In this document: piece after piece, positions 25,503 to 34,863 of the stretch | How the letters are laid out: each line of letters begins with the position of its first letter | Numbering within the stretch: position 1 is the stretch's first letter | Assembly (NCBI GenBank): GCA_964461975.1 | Contig: CAYWVL010000003.1 | Location: forward strand, 1-35,208 | DNA from: an uncultured Bdellovibrionales bacterium | GTDB lineage: Bacteria; Patescibacteriota; Minisyncoccia; Moranbacterales; UBA1568 | Length of the DNA stretch: 35,208 nucleotides | Reading direction: 5' to 3' | Program-made: the position numbers and the translations under genes | Notes under the pieces: generated by a model | Database searches by the model: none | Told to the model about the DNA's origin: nothing | The model's input: only the letters and a program-made list of their open reading frames with translations

Positions 25503-25529
25503 GTGGAGAAGAGCGAGGCTGCGGCAGGA

Positions 25530-25964
25530 CTACTCTTCAATCGTGCTCCCAGCTTTCTTGACCATCTCAACCGCAGTCGCGGAAAGGTCGATATCCTTGC
25601 TGAAAACAAGCTTCTTCTTGAGCTCACCAGTGGCGACGACTTTGACTCCGGCGCGTCGGACCACCTTGCCGAAGAGCTTCTTCTCGACAAACGCATCCCG
25701 CGTCACCTTCTCGCCATCTGCAAAATGCTTCTCGAGCTGGCGGAGCGTCACAGTATACGGCTTCTGATAGATGGACTTGAAACCGCGCAGCTTCTTCATG
25801 CGCTCGATCAGGGTAGAACGACCACCTTCAAAGAGCGGGTCCTTCTTCTTGCCATGAGCACCCTGGCCCTTGGTCCCGCGACCTGACGTCGTCCCGCGCT
25901 TTCCCCCGCGGCCAATCACCTTGGTCTTCTTGCGCGGCTCGAGTTTCAGTTGATGGATCTGCAT
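25530..25964 (-). CDS. rplO: 50S ribosomal protein L15
   Basis: RGGKRGTTSGRGTKGQ and the position between rpsE and secY. Confidence 0.95.
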   Translation of the reverse strand: MQIHQLKLEPRKKTKVIGRGGKRGTTSGRGTKGQGAHGKKKDPLFEGGRSTLIERMKKLRGFKSIYQKPYTVTLRQLEKHFADGEKVTRDAFVEKKLFGKVVRRAGVKVVATGELKKKLVFSKDIDLSATAVEMVKKAGSTIEE

Positions 25965-25975
25965 AAGGGTATTGC

Positions 25976-26584
25976 TTAGGCCTTGGCTGCTTCAGTCGCT
26001 TCACTCACGGGAGCTGCCTTCTCCTCGACGGACGTGACCGGAGCCGCTGCTTCAGAAACTGGTTCGGCGACATTCTTGAGACTAGCGAGCGCTCGGAGTG
26101 TCGCCTGGGCGACATTGAGGTTATTGGAGCTGCCGAGGGACTTCGTGACGATATCCCGGACTCCGAGCAGGTCCATGACCGCACGTACGGCGCCACCAGC
26201 GATCAAGCCGCGACCAGCAGTCGCCGGCTTCAGGAGCACTCTCGCGCTCCCGTATTTCCCGCTCACCTCGTGAGCGATCGATCCGCCGAAGAGCGGAACG
26301 CTGACGAGATTCTTCTTGGCGGCCGAAAACGCTTTCTGGATGGCATTGGAAACATCGCCACCTTTGGCGACACCGACGCCGACCTTGCCCTTGCGGTTAC
26401 CGATAACGACCGTAGCGCGGAACCGAAAACGCCGTCCGCCCTTCACCACGCGGGTGACACGGGCAAGATTGAGCATCTTCTGGTCGTATTCGGGCTTCTC
26501 GCGACGTCCGCTGCCGCTTCGGCCCCGGCCCCTTCGGCCCGCTGCCCCACCCCGCGTATTGTCCTTCGTAGTATTGGTTGCCAT
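25976..26584 (-). CDS. rpsE: 30S ribosomal protein S5 with extended termini
   Basis: VTRVVKGGRRFRFRATVVIGNRKGKVGVGVAKG. It has an Arg/Gly-rich N-terminal extension and an Ala/Pro/Glu-rich C-terminal extension. Confidence 0.96.
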   Translation of the reverse strand: MATNTTKDNTRGGAAGRRGRGRSGSGRREKPEYDQKMLNLARVTRVVKGGRRFRFRATVVIGNRKGKVGVGVAKGGDVSNAIQKAFSAAKKNLVSVPLFGGSIAHEVSGKYGSARVLLKPATAGRGLIAGGAVRAVMDLLGVRDIVTKSLGSSNNLNVAQATLRALASLKNVAEPVSEAAAPVTSVEEKAAPVSEATEAAKA

Positions 26585-26606
26585 AACAACGTATATCCCG
26601 TGCGAT

Positions 26607-26963
26607 TTAGAACTTCAACCCTGCTTCGCGAGCTCCTTCGGCAGCTGCTTTGACCTTGCCATGATAGCGATACCCGGAGCGATCAAAGACTGCCTGGGAC
26701 ACACCGAGCTTGACAGCCTTTTCGCCGAGAAGCTTTCCGACCGCCTGCGCTTCCACCACCGTATTCTTGGAGCGCTTTGGCAACTCGTGAAAGCTGGCCT
26801 GGGCCAGCGTCTTTCCCGCTGCGTCATCAATGAGCTGGAGCGACACGCCGCGCAGGCTGCGGAATACAGAGAGTCGCGGCACAGCGGCCGTACCAGAGAC
26901 CCGGGCCCGGATACGGACTCGGCGACGGAGGCGCTGGGCTGCTTTGTTGAGAGTTTTCTTCAT
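26607..26963 (-). CDS. rplR: 50S ribosomal protein L18
   Basis: RRRVRIRARVSGTAAVPRLSVFRSLRGVSLQLIDD and DRSGYRYHGKVKA. Confidence 0.96.
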   Translation of the reverse strand: MKKTLNKAAQRLRRRVRIRARVSGTAAVPRLSVFRSLRGVSLQLIDDAAGKTLAQASFHELPKRSKNTVVEAQAVGKLLGEKAVKLGVSQAVFDRSGYRYHGKVKAAAEGAREAGLKF

Positions 26964-26984
26964 AGTGATATGTATGCACTAGCG

Positions 26985-27524
26985 TTATGCGGCCCCGGCT
27001 TTCTTGCCTTCCTTCTTGCGTACCTGCTCGCCGACATAGCGGAAGCCCTTGCCCTTATATGGCTCGACTGGCTTCTGCTTCCTGACATAGGCAGCGAATT
27101 CTCCAAGCACTTGCTTGTCGATCGAAGAAAGCGTCAGGACATTGTTCTCGATCTTGGCCTCGACCTTCTCTGGGAGCATGATTTCTACCGGATGAGAGAA
27201 TCCGAGCGCAAGCGTCAGCTTCTTGCCAGAGAGGTTCATGCGATACCCGACGCCATTGAGCTCGAGCTGTTTGGAAAACCCTTCAGTCACTCCCTGGAGC
27301 ATGTTCTGGATGAGCTTGGCTGTCGTCCCCCAGAGTGCTTGGGCGCGCTTGGTCGTTCCCCGCTTTTCGACGGTGATGCTCCGGTCCTCGATCTTGATCG
27401 CGACCTCGTAGTGGTGGGACAATGTCAAGCTGCCCTTCGGACCTTTGACCGAAAGGACGTTGGCCGAGAGCGTGGCTTCAGCTTTCTCGGGGATCGTGAC
27501 TGGTTTCTTTCCGATTCTACTCAT
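26985..27524 (-). CDS. rplF: 50S ribosomal protein L6
   Basis: MSRIGKKPVTIPEK and PEPYKGKG-like (VEPYKGKGFRYVGE). Confidence 0.96.
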   Translation of the reverse strand: MSRIGKKPVTIPEKAEATLSANVLSVKGPKGSLTLSHHYEVAIKIEDRSITVEKRGTTKRAQALWGTTAKLIQNMLQGVTEGFSKQLELNGVGYRMNLSGKKLTLALGFSHPVEIMLPEKVEAKIENNVLTLSSIDKQVLGEFAAYVRKQKPVEPYKGKGFRYVGEQVRKKEGKKAGAA

Positions 27525-27536
27525 AGGGATATGACA

Positions 27537-27941
27537 TTACCACACTTGACAGAGATACTCGCCCCCGAGACCCTTGGAGTACGCTTCACCGCCGGTCATC
27601 ACGCCTTGGGATGTAGAGAGGATCGCGATCCCGTACCCGTTCTTGACCTTGGTCACTTCGTTGCGCTTCACGTACGCCCGCCGACCTTCCTTGCTCACTC
27701 GGACGATATCCTGGATGGCAGCGCGCTTCTCGGTCAGGGAGACCGACTGATACTTGAGGGTCACCAAAAGCGTCCGCTTGGCGCCGTCCTCTTCCTGGGA
27801 AACGCTTTCGATAAAGCCCTCGCGGACGAGCAGATTCAAAATAGCCAGCTTGAGCTTGGAAGCGGGTACGCGGACCACCGACAATCCCCTCATCTGGGCA
27901 TTGCGGAGCCGAGTCAACATGTCTGCAATTGGGTCTAACAT
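27537..27941 (-). CDS. rpsH: 30S ribosomal protein S8
   Basis: DPIADMLTRLRNA and the C-terminal GGEYLCQVW. Confidence 0.96.
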   Translation of the reverse strand: MLDPIADMLTRLRNAQMRGLSVVRVPASKLKLAILNLLVREGFIESVSQEEDGAKRTLLVTLKYQSVSLTEKRAAIQDIVRVSKEGRRAYVKRNEVTKVKNGYGIAILSTSQGVMTGGEAYSKGLGGEYLCQVW

Positions 27942-27974
27942 AGTGTTCTAGCTTGTTGGCTGGTAGCTCTCAAA

Positions 27975-28160
27975 TTACCACGAGGCCTTGCGCACTCCCG
28001 GCACCTCACCGCGACTCGCCAGTTCTCGGAAGCAGATCCGGCAGATATCGTAGCGACGCAGGTAGCCGTGCTTGCGGCCGCAGCGCCAGCAGCGCCGGAC
28101 AATGCGAGTGGAGAATTTTGGGGTCTTCTCCGAACGTGCCATGGTGGATGTCTTTGCCAT
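27975..28160 (-). CDS. rpsZ: 30S ribosomal protein S14 type Z (zinc-binding, 61 aa)
   Basis: [20 protein letters not shown] (two CxxC pairs) and the C-terminal KASW. Confidence 0.95.
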   Translation of the reverse strand: MAKTSTMARSEKTPKFSTRIVRRCWRCGRKHGYLRRYDICRICFRELASRGEVPGVRKASW

Positions 28161-28177
28161 ACGTGATGTGTCGTGGG

Positions 28178-28741
28178 TTAGCGGGTCTCGACCGGTTTGC
28201 CAGCCGCCTGGAGCGGCAGGCCGATGAGTTCAAAAAGCTTCTCTCCAGAATCCTTCTTCTCGGCAGTCGTCACGACCGTAATCTGGAAGCTAAAGAGCGT
28301 CTGCACTTTCTCTGGAACGATTTCTGGGAACACCATATGCTCCTTGATGCCGATGTTGAGGTTGCCATAGCTATCGACCGAAGAGCGGGTGATGCCCTGG
28401 AAGTCACGCACACGCGGCAGGGCGACATGGATGAGCCGGTCGAGGAACTGCCACATGCGCTTCCCTCGGAGCGTCACGCGCATACCGACCTCGAGGCCTT
28501 CACGCGTCTTGAACCCGGCGATAGCCTTCTTGGCTTTGGTGGTGACGACTTTCTGGCCGGTAATCATCTGGAGAGACTCGCGGATCTCGTTGAGGCGATT
28601 CTCCTCTTTGAGGAACTTGCCCACGCCCACATTGACCACGACGCGGTCAACGCGCGGGACGGCGTTGGGATTCTTCTTGCCGACGAAGCGGGTAAGCTCC
28701 GGCAGGATTTCCGTATAGCGTTGTTTCGTACGTGATTCCAT
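28178..28741 (-). CDS. rplE: 50S ribosomal protein L5
   Basis: [28 protein letters not shown] and [12 protein letters not shown]. Confidence 0.96.
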   Translation of the reverse strand: MESRTKQRYTEILPELTRFVGKKNPNAVPRVDRVVVNVGVGKFLKEENRLNEIRESLQMITGQKVVTTKAKKAIAGFKTREGLEVGMRVTLRGKRMWQFLDRLIHVALPRVRDFQGITRSSVDSYGNLNIGIKEHMVFPEIVPEKVQTLFSFQITVVTTAEKKDSGEKLFELIGLPLQAAGKPVETR

Positions 28742-28743
28742 AG

Positions 28744-29052
28744 TTATGAGACTTGTTTCTGCGAACGCTTACTGATGCGCACCTTCACGCCGCCTTCGAA
28801 CTTGAATCCGACGCGGGTCGGCTTGCCGGTTTCCTTGTCGACGAGCATGACTTTGGAGACAGAGAGCGGCGCCGGCTTTTCGATCCGCTCGCCCTTCTCG
28901 GTCTGCGACTTCGCCCGCTGGTGGCGCTTCATGATATTCACTCCCTCGACCACCACCTTGCCTTCACGGGGCAATGCCAAGAGCACCACTCCCCGCTTGC
29001 CGCGGTCTTTTCCGGAAAGAATCTGGACTTGGTCGCCTTTCTTGATCTTCAT
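28744..29052 (-). CDS. rplX: 50S ribosomal protein L24
   Basis: MKIKKGDQVQILSGKDRGKRG (KOW motif). Confidence 0.95.
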   Translation of the reverse strand: MKIKKGDQVQILSGKDRGKRGVVLLALPREGKVVVEGVNIMKRHQRAKSQTEKGERIEKPAPLSVSKVMLVDKETGKPTRVGFKFEGGVKVRISKRSQKQVS

Positions 29053-29067
29053 AGGAGGATGCTTCGT

Positions 29068-29439
29068 TTACAAAACTTCAGGAGCGAGCGAGACGATCTT
29101 GGCGAAACCTTTCTCGCGGAGCTCTCTTGCTACCGGACCGAAAATGCGAGACCCCTTGGGATCCTGGGTCGCACCTTCGAGGATTACGGCTGCGTTCTCG
29201 TCGAAACGGATATACGAATTGTCTTTGCGGCGATAGGCATCCTTCTGCCGGACGATGACCGCCTTGACCTTGTCACCCTTCTTGACCATGCCGCGCGGAA
29301 GAGCCACCTTGACCGAGGCCACCACGATATCGCCGAGCGCGGCGTAGCGTCGACGGCTGCCGCCGAGCACCTTGAAGCACTCGATGACTTTGGCACCGGT
29401 GTTGTCGGCTACGATGAGTCTGGATTCAGCTTGGATCAT
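29068..29439 (-). CDS. rplN: 50S ribosomal protein L14
   Basis: [17 protein letters not shown]. Confidence 0.97.
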   Translation of the reverse strand: MIQAESRLIVADNTGAKVIECFKVLGGSRRRYAALGDIVVASVKVALPRGMVKKGDKVKAVIVRQKDAYRRKDNSYIRFDENAAVILEGATQDPKGSRIFGPVARELREKGFAKIVSLAPEVL

Positions 29440-29461
29440 ACGGGTGTAACGGGGTCTTGAG

Positions 29462-29722
29462 TTATTCGCTCACGATGACGTGATGCTTGCGCTTCGAGAT
29501 CGGACGGCACTCGCGGAACGCTACCTTCTGGCCGATGGCATACTCGCCGGCTCCGGTGTGGACATGGTAGCGCTTGGTCGACCGATACTGCTTCTGATAT
29601 TTCGGATGCGTCTTGAGTGTCTCGACTGCGACGACCAGCGTATGCTGCATCTTGTTCGAAACCACGGTCCCCGTGAGCGTCGGGGCCTTGGAGGCATTCT
29701 GGTTGTTCGCGTTGGTCGTCAT
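29462..29722 (-). CDS. rpsQ: 30S ribosomal protein S17
   Basis: [25 protein letters not shown] and KRYHVH. Confidence 0.95.
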   Translation of the reverse strand: MTTNANNQNASKAPTLTGTVVSNKMQHTLVVAVETLKTHPKYQKQYRSTKRYHVHTGAGEYAIGQKVAFRECRPISKRKHHVIVSE

Positions 29723-29728
29723 AATCCT

Positions 29729-29935
29729 TTAGTGCTTGGGGGTAACAGTGACACTCTCTTCGGTCGCGAGCGTCTTGAGACGGGCGATATCTCGCTTGAT
29801 CTCGCGGTACTCGCGGTGCTTCTTCGTGGTGCGGGTAGCGATATCGAAGCGGAGCGTGCGGAGCTTCTCGACATACTCACGCAGCATCTGCTCGCGCTCT
29901 CCTACCGGTTTTTCTCGCCACAGTTTCATTTTCAT
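29729..29935 (-). CDS. rpmC: 50S ribosomal protein L29
   Basis: The ATG at 29935 (MKMKLWREKPVGEREQMLREYVEKLRTLRF...) lies 4 nt after the rplP stop. The longer track ORF overlaps rplP. Confidence 0.9.
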   Translation of the reverse strand: MKMKLWREKPVGEREQMLREYVEKLRTLRFDIATRTTKKHREYREIKRDIARLKTLATEESVTVTPKH

Positions 29936-29939
29936 ACGC

Positions 29940-30359
29940 CTAGTGTTCCTTGACGACAAACTTGCTCTTGACTGAAAGCTTGTAGGCAGCGAGCCGCATG
30001 GCTTCAGCGGCGACCTTCTGACTGACGCCATCGAGCTCAAATAGCATCCGCCCGGCCGAGATCTTGGCTACAAAGTGGTCAGGAGATCCCTTCCCTTTTC
30101 CCATCGGCGTCTGCTCACCTTTCTTGGTCATGGGAGTGTCCGGGAAGATGCGGATCCATACTTTGCCGCCGCGCTGGATGAAACGGGTCATGGCCCGGCG
30201 GGCTGCTTCGATCTGGCGGCCAGAGATGAGACCTCCCTCGGTCGCCTTGAGCCCGAAGCTCCCGAAGGATACCTTGTCGCCGCGCGTTGCCACCGTCCCA
30301 ACGGGATCGTATCCCCGCTGGACTTTGCGATGCTTGACTTTTCTTGGCATGAGGAGCAT
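29940..30359 (-). CDS. rplP: 50S ribosomal protein L16
   Basis: [16 protein letters not shown] and [10 protein letters not shown]. Confidence 0.97.
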   Translation of the reverse strand: MLLMPRKVKHRKVQRGYDPVGTVATRGDKVSFGSFGLKATEGGLISGRQIEAARRAMTRFIQRGGKVWIRIFPDTPMTKKGEQTPMGKGKGSPDHFVAKISAGRMLFELDGVSQKVAAEAMRLAAYKLSVKSKFVVKEH

Positions 30360-30382
30360 AAGCGTACGCTACTAATCGTTCA

Positions 30383-31072
30383 TTATTTAGTGGCTTCGGC
30401 CTCGCTCGTTTCGGCCGCTGTCTCTTTGGACTCGAACTTGTCACCCTTGTACACCCAGACTTTGACGCCAATGACGCCATAGGTCGTCCGGGCTTCCGCT
30501 TTGGCGAAGTCAATATCGGAGCGGAGCGTGTGGAGCGGAATCTTCCCTTTGGACAGCCACTCACGACGCGTCATTTCGGCGCCACCGAGACGGCCCGATA
30601 CCTCGATCTTCATCCCCTGCACATTCTTGTTGCCCTCGATCTGGTCGAGAGTCGTCTTGAGGATACGGCGGAAAGGCAAGCGCTTCTCGAGCTGCTCGGC
30701 CACCTGGTACGCGACGAGCATCGCGTTCTCCTCAGCATGTTTCACCTCCTGGACTTCGACTTTGAGGTCGACGCGCTTCCCGGAGAAAAACCGCTTCTTG
30801 ATCACACGGGTGAGATCCTCGATACCGGTACCTCCGCGTCCGATCAAGACTCCGGGGCGAGAGGTGCGGAGCACGAGACGCACAGTCCCCGTGGAGCGCT
30901 CGATCTCGACCGAAGCGATCATGGCGGACTTCCACTGCGCCCGGATGAAATCGCGCATCTCGACGTCCTTGCGGAGCTGGGCAGTGTACTGCTTGCGCGC
31001 GCCGAACCAGCGCGACTGCCAGTCAGTCGTGATTCCCAAACGGATACCTGTTGGATTCGTTTTGTGTCCCAT
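30383..31072 (-). CDS. rpsC: 30S ribosomal protein S3
   Basis: The ATG at 31072 gives MGHKTNPTGIRLGITTDWQSRWF. There is a KH domain (RPGVLIGRGG). The upstream track extension overlaps rplV. Confidence 0.96.
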   Translation of the reverse strand: MGHKTNPTGIRLGITTDWQSRWFGARKQYTAQLRKDVEMRDFIRAQWKSAMIASVEIERSTGTVRLVLRTSRPGVLIGRGGTGIEDLTRVIKKRFFSGKRVDLKVEVQEVKHAEENAMLVAYQVAEQLEKRLPFRRILKTTLDQIEGNKNVQGMKIEVSGRLGGAEMTRREWLSKGKIPLHTLRSDIDFAKAEARTTYGVIGVKVWVYKGDKFESKETAAETSEAEATK

Positions 31073-31076
31073 AGGA

Positions 31077-31496
31077 TTAGTTGGTAGTGACAGGAGCAGG
31101 AGGAGTCGTCTTGGCCTTCGACTTCGGCTTCGCCTGAGGCGCCGCCGGACGGGTGGTCTTCGGCTGCGTCTCATCGAGGATGATCTCTACTTTCGAGCTG
31201 CGCTTCAGGATCGGGGTGGCCGAGCCGAATGCCTTGGGAGTGAAGCGCTTGATGCGGAGTCCGTCCAAGACCCGCACTTCCGCCACATAGAGCCGGTCCT
31301 TCTCGAGCTTGAAATTGTGCGTGGCATTGGCGATAGCGCTCTCCAAAAGGACCCGCATCGGTTCAGCCGAGCGCTGCACTTCCTGCTTGAGACGAATCAA
31401 CGCAGCCTGAACGGCCATCCCCTTGATGGAGTGGGCGACGAGGCGCACCTTGCGGGGCGCGATGCGAAGATTGGTGAGGCTGGCAGTGACACGCAT
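31077..31496 (-). CDS. rplV: 50S ribosomal protein L22 with a Lys/Pro/Ala-rich C-terminal tail
   Basis: LRIAPRKVRLVAHSIKG and RIKRFTPKAFG. Confidence 0.95.
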   Translation of the reverse strand: MRVTASLTNLRIAPRKVRLVAHSIKGMAVQAALIRLKQEVQRSAEPMRVLLESAIANATHNFKLEKDRLYVAEVRVLDGLRIKRFTPKAFGSATPILKRSSKVEIILDETQPKTTRPAAPQAKPKSKAKTTPPAPVTTN

Positions 31497-31521
31497 ATTG
31501 CTTCTTCAGTCAGTTCCGTTA

Positions 31522-31860
31522 TTATTTCTTCTCTGGCGCAGCTTTGGCGGCCTTGGCGGCATCGAGCTCCTTCTGCTTGGCGGCGAGTTCGATCTCTTTC
31601 TGCATCTTCCCACCATGGCGGTTGAACTTGCGGGTCGGTGAGAATTCGCCGAGCCGGTGCCCGACCATCTCCTCAGTCACGAGAACCGGGATGAAATCCT
31701 TGCCATTGTGAACGCCAAAGGTAAACCCTACCATCTCTGGGGAGATGACGCAAGGCCGAGACCAGGTCTTGATGATTTCCCGGTCCCCCAGCTTCCGGCC
31801 AGCCACTTTGGCGAGCACTCGCGGGTCAACGTATGGTCCTTTCTTGAGACTGCGTGACAT
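31522..31860 (-). CDS. rpsS: 30S ribosomal protein S19 with an Ala/Lys-rich C-terminal tail
   Basis: [18 protein letters not shown] and [11 protein letters not shown]. Confidence 0.96.
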   Translation of the reverse strand: MSRSLKKGPYVDPRVLAKVAGRKLGDREIIKTWSRPCVISPEMVGFTFGVHNGKDFIPVLVTEEMVGHRLGEFSPTRKFNRHGGKMQKEIELAAKQKELDAAKAAKAAPEKK

Positions 31861-31863
31861 AGG

Positions 31864-32697
<834 letters not shown>

Positions 32698-32712
32698 ACG
32701 GATGAGCTTGCG

Positions 32713-33045
32713 TTAGAGTCCTGCCTGAAAGAGAGTGATCGTGTCCCCAGCCTTGAGTCGTACCACAGCCTTGCGGAGCGCGCTCCGGTGCCCGACCGTG
32801 CGGCCCACCTGTTTGGTCTTCCCCGGAAGCCGGGTGATATTTACCGAAACGACTTTTACCTTGTAGGCGGCTTCCACCGCTTTCTTGATTTCCGTCTTCG
32901 TCGCCTTGGGCGCCACCTGGAACACGTACTGGTTGAGCGCATTCACGGCGTACGCCTTCTCGGTCACGCGCGGGCGTACCAAAACAGCAGTCGCGAGGGC
33001 GAGATTCCGAGGGGAGACAGGAGAGTTTTTGGTCGTGTCGGCCAT
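32713..33045 (-). CDS. rplW: 50S ribosomal protein L23
   Basis: The ATG at 33045 lies 7 nt after the rplD stop. Supporting motifs are VLVRPRVTEKAY and KTEIKKAVEAAYKVKV. Confidence 0.93.
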   Translation of the reverse strand: MADTTKNSPVSPRNLALATAVLVRPRVTEKAYAVNALNQYVFQVAPKATKTEIKKAVEAAYKVKVVSVNITRLPGKTKQVGRTVGHRSALRKAVVRLKAGDTITLFQAGL

Positions 33046-33052
33046 AGGAGTG

Positions 33053-33700
33053 TTACTGTTGCTTCTTCCAACCGGCAAAGCGTCGGTCCAGATCGAGGAG
33101 AGCGGCTTTGGTCATGAGGACGAACTCGTTATCGAGAAGATGCTTGACGTTGAGATCGGGATGATGGGCGAGCGCGAGCTTGGGGATATTGCGCATCGCG
33201 AGCGCCTCCTGGTTTTCGGCGCCCAAGAGACTGACGACGACGCGGCGCGGGGCGATCGAGAGGGCGGAAAGCGCCTCAGCAAACAGTTTGGTCTTCCGCT
33301 CCGGGAGCACCAGGCTGTCCACGACGACGACCTTGCCCTGGCGGAATTTTTCTGAAAGCGCCACCAAGACCGCCTTCTGCCGCATCTTGCGCGAGACCTC
33401 GCGGACGAAATTGCGCTCATTGGTCGGACCAAAGGTGATCCCACCCTTGCGCCAGATCGGGCTTCTGACAGAACCATGCCGAGCCCGGCCAGTCCCCTTC
33501 TGCCGCCATGGCTTCTTGCCACTGCCAGCGCGCTCAGCCCGGTCCTTGGTGTGGGCGATCGGGTTGCGCAGGTTGCCGGAAAGCACGACGTACACTTGGT
33601 GGACAAGAGCGTCATTCTTCGGGAGATCAAAGAGCGCAGCGTCAAGCTTCACTTCCTCCAGTACTTTTCCAGCCAGATTTTTGACAGCAATCGATGACAT
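33053..33700 (-). CDS. rplD: 50S ribosomal protein L4
   Basis: GSGKKPWRQKGTGRARHGSVRSPIWRKGG. Confidence 0.97.
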   Translation of the reverse strand: MSSIAVKNLAGKVLEEVKLDAALFDLPKNDALVHQVYVVLSGNLRNPIAHTKDRAERAGSGKKPWRQKGTGRARHGSVRSPIWRKGGITFGPTNERNFVREVSRKMRQKAVLVALSEKFRQGKVVVVDSLVLPERKTKLFAEALSALSIAPRRVVVSLLGAENQEALAMRNIPKLALAHHPDLNVKHLLDNEFVLMTKAALLDLDRRFAGWKKQQ

Positions 33701-33704
33701 ACGT

Positions 33705-34301
33705 TTACTTGATGCTTCTCACTTCGACGATCCTCCCCGCGACGCCAGGGACGGCACCACGCACGGCGATGATCCCTTCGGCTTCATCAACGAGCGCGAC
33801 ACGGAGATTCTTTACGGTAAACCGATCAGCTCCCATGCGTCCGGCCATGCGCCGGCCCTTGATGACGTGCTCGGGAAAGGTCGCTCCGATCGAGCCCGGC
33901 TTCCGGATATCGTGCTTGCGACCGTGGCTCGTCATCTGCCCCTTGAAACCATGGCGCTTCACCACGCCCTGGAAACCCTTGGCTTTGGTGATGCCTGTGA
34001 CCTGGACGAGATCGCCCTCGGCGAACTGGGTAACGGTAAGCTTGGTGCCGACCGGGAACTGGGCCAGGGCATCAGCCTCCTTCTCCACCTCGACGAGACC
34101 GTCGATACGGAACTCCTTCTCCTTGGTCCGGCGCTTGGTCTTGGACTCGGAAAGCTGGAGGGCGACATACCCATCCTGTTCGCGGGTGCGGTGCAGCTTG
34201 ACCTCGTTTCCCTGCGAAGCGATGAGGGTCACGTTCAAAGCGGTCCCATCCGGACCGAAGAGGGTCGTCATGCCGATTTTCTTGCCGAGGAGGAATTTCA
34301 T
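33705..34301 (-). CDS. rplC: 50S ribosomal protein L3
   Basis: LGKKIGMTTLF, VTGITKAKGFQGVVKRHGF and PGSIG. Confidence 0.97.
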   Translation of the reverse strand: MKFLLGKKIGMTTLFGPDGTALNVTLIASQGNEVKLHRTREQDGYVALQLSESKTKRRTKEKEFRIDGLVEVEKEADALAQFPVGTKLTVTQFAEGDLVQVTGITKAKGFQGVVKRHGFKGQMTSHGRKHDIRKPGSIGATFPEHVIKGRRMAGRMGADRFTVKNLRVALVDEAEGIIAVRGAVPGVAGRIVEVRSIK

Positions 34302-34453
34302 AAGCTATCGACTTGCAGTAAGGCTTGGGACAATTAAAAACTGACTTTCGGGGTAGCCAGCTTTTATACCGGCCCGTTCAGTATCCCAGACAATCGTCAC
34401 TCGAAGCACTGGGACTTAAACAAGATTCTCTATTGATATGACAGCGACGAAAC

Positions 34454-34786
34454 CTACATCTTGATCTCCACATCCACTCCGGCCGGCAGATCGAGATTCG
34501 TGAGATTCTCAATCGTCTTCTGGGTAGGATTGGTGATATCGATGAGCCGCTTGTGGACGCGCATCTCGAACTGGTCGCGCGAGTTCTTATGGACAAAGGT
34601 AGAGCGGTTGACCGTCACCTTGTGCATATCCGTCGGGAGAGGGACCGGACCCATGATCTCCGCGCCAGTCCGCTCGGCCGTCTCAACGATCTTCCTGGCC
34701 GACTGGTCCGCCACTTTGTGGTCGTAGGCCTTGATCTTGATACGGACTCGCGTCATCACTTCTTCTTTTTTCTTCGTAGCCATCAT
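34454..34786 (-). CDS. rpsJ: 30S ribosomal protein S10
   Basis: [30 protein letters not shown] and [12 protein letters not shown]. Confidence 0.96.
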   Translation of the reverse strand: MMATKKKEEVMTRVRIKIKAYDHKVADQSARKIVETAERTGAEIMGPVPLPTDMHKVTVNRSTFVHKNSRDQFEMRVHKRLIDITNPTQKTIENLTNLDLPAGVDVEIKM

Positions 34787-34824
34787 TGTTCAATTACTAC
34801 TCGTCCTCACTTGAGAGAACAGTC

Positions 34825-34849
34825 ATGCGGGGGAGGTGCTCCCCCGCAT
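34825..34849 (-). terminator. strong GC stem-loop downstream of tuf (possible terminator or attenuator, weak U-tract)
   Basis: ATGCGGGGGAG-GTG-CTCCCCCGCAT has perfect 11-bp arms. It sits 15 nt past the tuf stop and 38 nt before the rpsJ ATG. The minus-strand downstream sequence, GACTGTTCTCTC, is only moderately T-rich. Confidence 0.4.
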
Positions 34850-34863
34850 TCAGTCCCATCAAA

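Noticed and set aside
25965-25975. Possibility that rpmD (L30) was simply missed by the ORF track.
   Set aside because: The rpsE-rplO gap is only 11 nt, so there is no room for a gene.
26316-27938. 540-aa plus-strand ORF spanning rpsE, rplR, rplF and rpsH.
   Set aside because: It runs antisense across four unmistakable ribosomal protein genes and their junctions. Its composition is not protein-like. It is a stop-poor antisense frame in GC3-rich DNA.
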